Assembly: GCA_963762565.1 (NCBI GenBank)
Contig: CAVXLD010000009.1
Coordinates: 64,001-128,000, forward strand
Origin: an uncultured Verrucomicrobiae bacterium
GTDB lineage: Bacteria; Verrucomicrobiota; Verrucomicrobiia; Chthoniobacterales; JAFAMB01
Reading direction: 5' to 3'
DNA: 64,000 bases
The translations under genes and the position numbers were made by a program. Under the pieces are notes generated by a model. It ran no database searches, was not told the DNA's origin, and worked only from the letters and a program-made list of their open reading frames with translations. Shown one piece after another: positions 58,901 to 64,000 of this stretch. The stretch's first letter is position 1, and each line of letters starts with the position of its first letter.

Positions 58901-59215
58901 ATGGACCCCAACTCAACCGTCTCGCGTAAAGATATAAGGGAAGCCCTAGTGCGGGCGGCTTTGAAAGACGAGGCGTTTCGGGAGTCTCTTTTGGCGAACC
59001 CAAAGTTCGCAGTTGAGAGAGCGTTGGGTAGAACCTTACCGGATCGCCTACAAGTCGTTCTTTTACGAGAGACAGACAACCTCATGTATATCGTGTTGCC
59101 GAAGGATTTTCCTGATGACGCAGCACATCTCACGGATGCGGAACTCGAAAACGTGGCCGGAGGCTTCCTTAGCGCAGACAACAATATGCTGTCTCCTCAG
59201 GATCCGGCGTTCTGA
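58901..59215 (+). CDS. NHLP (nitrile hydratase-like) leader peptide family protein
   Basis: RAALKDEAFRESLLANPK, YIVLP and LTDAELENVAGG followed by the 16-aa core FLSADNNMLSPQDPAF. Confidence 0.9.
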   Translation: MDPNSTVSRKDIREALVRAALKDEAFRESLLANPKFAVERALGRTLPDRLQVVLLRETDNLMYIVLPKDFPDDAAHLTDAELENVAGGFLSADNNMLSPQDPAF

Positions 59216-59269
59216 GAATTCCAGTCCGATTAACACCAACGCAAACCAGAAAAATAAAAAACCACTACC

Positions 59270-59392
59270 ATGAGCGAAGAAATCCAGAAACCCGAGACGG
59301 TCAGCGACGAACAACTTGAAGATGTTGCCGGCGGTACGTTCGACAATAACTCCTGCAACGCCCTGATCGAGGCCACCGTTATCGTTGGGTAA
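59270..59392 (+). CDS. lanthipeptide precursor copy 1 (40 aa)
   Basis: MSEEIQKPETVSDEQLEDVAGG-TFDNNSCNALIEATVIVG*; double-Gly leader. Confidence 0.9.
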   Translation: MSEEIQKPETVSDEQLEDVAGGTFDNNSCNALIEATVIVG

Positions 59393-59471
59393 GACATTCG
59401 TCTTCCTTCCGATACCGGTTCAGATCAACTGCACACCCAACCCAACCCAAACCCACCAACTAGACCACCAT

Positions 59472-59594
59472 ATGAGCGAAGAGATCCAGAAGCCTGAGAC
59501 TGTTAGCGACGAGCAACTCGAAGATGTTGCCGGCGGCACGTTCGACAATAACTCCTGCAACGCCCTGATCGAAGCCACCGTCATCGTTGGGTAA
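59472..59594 (+). CDS. lanthipeptide precursor copy 2 (40 aa)
   Basis: Same peptide as copy 1, with 10 synonymous differences. Confidence 0.9.
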   Translation: MSEEIQKPETVSDEQLEDVAGGTFDNNSCNALIEATVIVG

Positions 59595-59674
59595 GACATT
59601 CGTCTTCCTTCCGATACCGGTTCAGATCAACTGCACACCCAACCCAACCCAAAAACCACCAACTAGACCACCAT

Positions 59675-59797
59675 ATGAGCGAAGAGATCCAGAAGCCTGA
59701 GACTGTTAGCGACGAGCAACTCGAAGATGTTGCCGGCGGTACGTTCGACAATAACTCCTGCAACGCCCTGATCGAAGCCACCGTCATCGTTGGGTAA
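59675..59797 (+). CDS. lanthipeptide precursor copy 3 (40 aa)
   Basis: Same peptide; one synonymous difference from copy 2. Confidence 0.9.
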   Translation: MSEEIQKPETVSDEQLEDVAGGTFDNNSCNALIEATVIVG

Positions 59798-59874
59798 GAC
59801 ATTCGTCTTCCTTCCGATACCGGTTTAGATCAGCTGCACTGCCAACCCAACCAACCCACCAACCAAATCATAAT

Positions 59875-59997
59875 ATGAGCGAAGAGATCCAGAAGCCTGA
59901 AAACGTTAGCGATGAGCAACTCGAAGATGTTGCTGGCGGCACGTTCGATAACAACTCGTGCAACGCCCTGATTGAGGCCACTGTCATCGTTGGATAA
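59875..59997 (+). CDS. lanthipeptide precursor copy 4 (40 aa)
   Basis: Same core; a single T10N change in the leader and many synonymous differences. Confidence 0.9.
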   Translation: MSEEIQKPENVSDEQLEDVAGGTFDNNSCNALIEATVIVG

Positions 59998-60021
59998 CAC
60001 GATAGGCCAGAATTAAGTAAT

Positions 60022-60058
60022 GCCGCCGCCGGATTTCTTCGGCGGCGGCTTTATATTT
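60022..60058 (+). terminator. intrinsic terminator / stabilising hairpin after the precursor array
   Basis: gccgccgccgga-tttc-ttcggcggcggc followed by tttatattt. Confidence 0.75.
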
Positions 60059-60064
60059 GCTGCT

Positions 60065-63000
60065 ATGACGAGGGGATCGATCGCCTCGATATTGGCGCGC
60101 AGCGCTCCATTGCAAGAACGTCTGGCTGCTACCGATCCTCAGCAGAATCCCGGAGAGACACCCGCCCTTTTGGAGTGTTGGCGAGGCGCCTTGGATACCG
60201 CAACTCACCGGCTGTTCGATGAGCGGCTTGCGTCGCTCGGCCTTTCCTTGGAACAGGCTCGACTTCAGCTTGGGATGCTTGGGCGCGAACCAAATCGAGA
60301 AAGTAAATGCTTTGATGCATTCTTGAAGGCTTTCTCCTACCCGCCTTACCCCGGCTTTGTTGCTCTCAAACTCCCGTTTGTACCCCTCTGGGCGCCCGCA
60401 GCGTCCTTCGCGCATGACCTGGTCTTCCGAGGCGCAGAGGATAGCCGGCTCATTTCTGAGGATGCTTCTCGAAATTTGTCGCAATCGTTACTGGAGGAGC
60501 TCTGTCGCGTCGCCGCCGAGCCCGTTTATCTCTTGTTTCAAGAAGAGCGTGCCAAGGGGCAGTCGTTTGAGGAATTTGTCAGGCTATCCTTGAAATCGGA
60601 CGGAGAACGGATCTTTGGTCGCTTCCCGGCCCTTGCTCGTTGCCTCCTTGTTGTATTCAGGAACTGGATTAGTGGCACTCAGCTCTTTATGAGGCGGCTT
60701 GCGGCCGATTGGGCAGAGTTCCATGCGTTCCTTCCTGAACTGAAAAGCGATGATCCGATCCAGTCGATTTCGACAGGTTTTTCGGACCGGCACGACGACG
60801 GTCTTCAAGTCTTGCTTGTCGAGTTTTCGGACGGCTCCCGGGTGCTTTATAAACCCAAGGACATGTCGTTGGAGGCGCGGCTGCCCCAAATCAACGAATG
60901 GCTAGACGCGGAAGGTTTCCCGTTCAAACTGAGATTTCCGGTTTCGCTGCAAAAGGAAGGCTACGGATGGTCCGCATTCATCCGGCCGGAGCCCTGTCAC
61001 TCAATCGAAGAGGTAAAAACGTTTTTCGAACACGCCGGGGCTCTCCTCTGCCTCGCCCACACATTGAACGGCAAGGACCTTCTTCTAGAAAACATCGTCG
61101 CCTGTGGCAGCAATCCGGTTCCGATCGATCTCGAAACTTTCTTTCAGCCGCAAGCCCAAAGAGCGGATCGGATCGGTTCGCCTCCCGATCGAGATCCGCC
61201 AGAATGCCTGCGCCGCAGTTCCGTTCTCGAAACCGGAATGCTCCCGTATTGGCACATCGCCGGACTGGATATTCCCTGCGATCTCAGCGGCTTAAGCGGT
61301 TCCAAGGAAAATCTGTCCCAGATCAGGCAGCCCTACTGGGACGCCGTGAACACGGATCAGATGAAGCGTTCCGATCGCGGGTATAAGTCACCGGAGAAAG
61401 CTAACCGGCCCGTTTACCATGGTGCATTTCAACATCCGCGAGACTATGAGGGCGCGCTGGTCGATGGCTTCTGCCAGCTTTATCGGTTTCTGTGCGTCCG
61501 AAAGGAATCATTTATCAATTTCCTGCAAACGTTTTCGAACGCTCGAACGCGACTGATCTTCCGATCAACCCAAATGTACGGGTTGCTAGCGAAGCAATCG
61601 TTAAGAGCCGAAAACCTGACGGATGGAATTCTGCGGAGCTTGGTATTTGAAACCCTCTATCGGCCGGCGCTTAAGGGTAATTATCTATCCAACTTTCTCA
61701 AGGCGATCCTGGATCGGGAGGTACGCTGTTTGGAAAACCTCGATATCCCGAGGTTCTATATTCGCCTCGATTCGGACGCGCTGACGATCGATCACGGGCT
61801 TGAGATCCCGCATTTCCTTGTGGAATCACCCTTGGAAACAGTCAGGCAGCGAGTACTGGCGATGTCCTCAGAAATCGAAGAATATCATGTGGAAAATCTC
61901 CAGGAATCGCTCAGAAGGCAGCCCAGAATGGTTGGCCCGAGTCAGACCCGTGGCGAGATCCTCGACCTCGCTGGCAACCTGGTTGCCGAGATTCTGCGTC
62001 GGAGCAGAAATGACCCTGCAAAAAATCTGTGGCCACTGCCAACCTTCGTGAAGGAGCCTCTTCCCGAGCATGAACGTGACGGGCTCTATTTGGGAGATAT
62101 CGGAGTCGCGATATTTCTGGCGGCTTGGGATTGCGCGGGAGGGACTTCCATTTCAAAAGAACCGCTCGATACGTTGTTCTTGCGGTTGCAAGGTCGTCGA
62201 TTCCCACAAAACATCCCTCTAGGCATTTGCAACGGGCTTGGTTCATACGCCTATGGTTGTCTAGTCCTGGCAAAGCTCACCAAGCAGACCCGGTGGCTCG
62301 AGCTTTCCGACCGGTTTGGGGAAGAGATTTCCGTCGGACGTCTGACATCAGAAGCGGACCCCGATATCGTCTACGGTTTGGCGGGAGCAATTGTTTGCCT
62401 GGTTCGGCTACACCAAGCGACGAAAGACCAGAGTTTCCTGGAACGGGCACAGCAAGGTTTGGACATCCTTAGCTCCAGATTTATACACGGAACAGGGTGG
62501 GTCCGACCGAACGGAGAAGCTTTGGTCGGTTTCGCCCATGGCTCTGCAGGGATCGCTTTTGCTGCCCTGACGTTGGCCGAGGCGTCAAAAGAGGAGCGGT
62601 GTTTAGCACTGGCAAGAGATGCTTTTGCACTAGATCGTGGATTTTACTCGGAATCGGAAAAAAATTGGATGTCCACTACTCAATGCGAGGGAAATGCGTT
62701 GCGAGCTTGGTGCAGCGGTTCGCCTGGCATGACGCTAGCAAGACTAACAGCTCGGCGTCTCATGGAAGATCCGGTCTTAGGCGCCGAAATCGAACGGACG
62801 TGGCGGAGCTTTCCCGATCTGCTCGGCCTCGATCACTGGTGCTGCGGCAATTTAGGACTGGTAGAGCTTCTCTGGCATGCCGCCCGAAAACTCGACCGGG
62901 AAGACCTGCGCACGAAAGCCGACACTTTGCTTGGCAAAACTGTTCAGCGAGCGCTCAGGAGTGCGTTTTCTAGGTTCAATCCCGAGTTGGGCCACAACTT

Positions 63001-63106
63001 CTGTTTCCAACCCAGCCTGTTCCGCGGGTCCGCCGGTTTGGGTTATACGTTGCTGCGGTTTCTGCACCCCGATAAACTGCCTTGTATCCTCGCATTTGAG
63101 GTGTAG
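60065..63106 (+). CDS. lanM: class II lanthipeptide synthetase LanM
   Basis: SDRH, YKPKD, ENIVA..PVPIDLET, RLIFRSTQMY and DIPRF; cyclase GFAHG, WCSG and WCCG; likely start MTRGS (60065). Confidence 0.92.
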   Translation: MTRGSIASILARSAPLQERLAATDPQQNPGETPALLECWRGALDTATHRLFDERLASLGLSLEQARLQLGMLGREPNRESKCFDAFLKAFSYPPYPGFVALKLPFVPLWAPAASFAHDLVFRGAEDSRLISEDASRNLSQSLLEELCRVAAEPVYLLFQEERAKGQSFEEFVRLSLKSDGERIFGRFPALARCLLVVFRNWISGTQLFMRRLAADWAEFHAFLPELKSDDPIQSISTGFSDRHDDGLQVLLVEFSDGSRVLYKPKDMSLEARLPQINEWLDAEGFPFKLRFPVSLQKEGYGWSAFIRPEPCHSIEEVKTFFEHAGALLCLAHTLNGKDLLLENIVACGSNPVPIDLETFFQPQAQRADRIGSPPDRDPPECLRRSSVLETGMLPYWHIAGLDIPCDLSGLSGSKENLSQIRQPYWDAVNTDQMKRSDRGYKSPEKANRPVYHGAFQHPRDYEGALVDGFCQLYRFLCVRKESFINFLQTFSNARTRLIFRSTQMYGLLAKQSLRAENLTDGILRSLVFETLYRPALKGNYLSNFLKAILDREVRCLENLDIPRFYIRLDSDALTIDHGLEIPHFLVESPLETVRQRVLAMSSEIEEYHVENLQESLRRQPRMVGPSQTRGEILDLAGNLVAEILRRSRNDPAKNLWPLPTFVKEPLPEHERDGLYLGDIGVAIFLAAWDCAGGTSISKEPLDTLFLRLQGRRFPQNIPLGICNGLGSYAYGCLVLAKLTKQTRWLELSDRFGEEISVGRLTSEADPDIVYGLAGAIVCLVRLHQATKDQSFLERAQQGLDILSSRFIHGTGWVRPNGEALVGFAHGSAGIAFAALTLAEASKEERCLALARDAFALDRGFYSESEKNWMSTTQCEGNALRAWCSGSPGMTLARLTARRLMEDPVLGAEIERTWRSFPDLLGLDHWCCGNLGLVELLWHAARKLDREDLRTKADTLLGKTVQRALRSAFSRFNPELGHNFCFQPSLFRGSAGLGYTLLRFLHPDKLPCILAFEV

Positions 63107-63219
63107 GAATCAATCGTTTTTCGGGCTGCTGCTCGCGCTCGTCGTCGTCCTCGTCCTCCGAGCAGAACCCAGTTAGTTTACGGGGCTGATCTAATCGAGC
63201 GCTGTGGCGGAGCCCACGA

Positions 63220-63454
63220 CTGGAGGGAGCCGCTTTGTAGCATTGAAGCTCCATCGGTTGGCAGACAGGCGGCTCCCGAGAACGTCTCCACGTGCCGCAG
63301 TTCTATCGCCGTCGTGTCTCTCCGCCGTACCAAACCAAATGCGATGGGAAATTGCTGCCGCTGGGCAATTCCCGGGAGCCGCTTGTCTACCCCGAAAACT
63401 TTCGGTGGCTGCCAACTTGCATAACTGCCAAGCTACAAAGCGGCTCCCCTCCAG
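63220..63454. repeat. GGAGCCGC-family MITE/REPIN
   Basis: ctggagggagccgctttgtagc...gctacaaagcggctcccctccag. Confidence 0.75.
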
Positions 63455-63479
63455 GCCCTGGGCGCCAAACGAGCCCTCC

Positions 63480-64000
63480 ATGGAACTTATCTACACCCTA
63501 CACCCCACACCGACGCCCGAAGAGCGGTATCGCATCGTTGATCCGCTGATCGCTTACAACGAGGCACAGGCAGGGCCAAGAAACTCGAAGGAATTCGCTT
63601 TTTTTGTGCGTTCTGAAACAGGTGAGCTCGTCGGAGGGTTATTGGGCTCGACTCACTTCAACCATTTCTTTGTCTCAGCGATTTTCATCGACCAGGAGTT
63701 TCGACGCGAAGGGATTGGGCGTGAACTGATCAGACGCGCAGCAGCTTTGGCGCTTGAGCGAGGGTGCGATATAATCTACCTGGACACCTTCGATTTCCAG
63801 GCACCCGGTTTCTACGAGAAACTCGGGTTCAAAGTTTTCGGGGCGCTGAACGACTATCCGACGGGCCACCGACGTCTCTATTTCGTGAAACGACTTGGTG
63901 CAGGCGGCGAGGCCCAAGGACGCACTACAAAACTGAACTTCACCCTTCAACCCCAGCCAACGCCGGACGAAAAAAAGCGCATCATTGATCCCTTGGTCGC
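63480..64000 (+). CDS. tandem-domain GNAT acetyltransferase (partial, runs off the window)
   Basis: MELIYTLHPTPTPEERYRIVDPLIAYN...FRREGIG...LDTFDFQAPGFYEKLGF, then a second repeat starting PTPDEKKRIIDPLV; no stop, so absent from the ORF track. Confidence 0.85.
   Translation, partial: MELIYTLHPTPTPEERYRIVDPLIAYNEAQAGPRNSKEFAFFVRSETGELVGGLLGSTHFNHFFVSAIFIDQEFRREGIGRELIRRAAALALERGCDIIYLDTFDFQAPGFYEKLGFKVFGALNDYPTGHRRLYFVKRLGAGGEAQGRTTKLNFTLQPQPTPDEKKRIIDPLV

Noticed and set aside
59385..59594. 69-aa ORF-track call
   Set aside because: The N-terminal extension is intergenic sequence; the real gene starts at ATG 59472, as in the other three copies.
59270..59997. CRISPR array or non-coding tandem repeat
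   Set aside because: The units are ~200 bp, have no unique spacers and encode a conserved peptide with synonymous variation; no cas genes are present.
60020..60064. LanM start at 60020
   Set aside because: It lies within a terminator-like hairpin; ATG 60065 is more plausible.

Overview
Bacterial chromosomal window of moderate-high GC. The gene style and dense REP/heptamer repeats suggest a soil Verrucomicrobiota (Chthoniobacterales-like) organism; this is an inference. The first ~42 kb is mostly housekeeping and accessory genes: ilvD, an ECF sigma/anti-sigma pair, sbp+sulP, gntK, rfbB, a split IcmF-type mutase, tRNA-Thr, parC and a frameshifted parE, oppBC, yitJ, rpsT, thpR, a Mini-III-like gene, an IS200-type TnpA and an NtrC/kinase pair. 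From ~42.5 to 63.1 kb lies an unusual RiPP (class II lanthipeptide/NHLM) locus. It holds a stand-alone LanC-like enzyme, a carboxylic acid reductase, a STAS-FHA protein, TolC/HlyD/two NHLM ABC transporters and a sensor-less sigma54 activator with a matching -24/-12 promoter. These are followed by an NHLP-leader protein with a Cys-free core, four tandem 40-aa precursor genes (three absent from the ORF track) with an identical core TFDNNSCNALIEATVIVG, and a CCG-type LanM. Other notable unannotated signals are three multi-hairpin intergenic elements with conserved ends but unrelated stems that abut start codons, a poly-Cys leader-peptide ORF behind a repeated operator-like box, and an orphan sigma54-driven small transcript.
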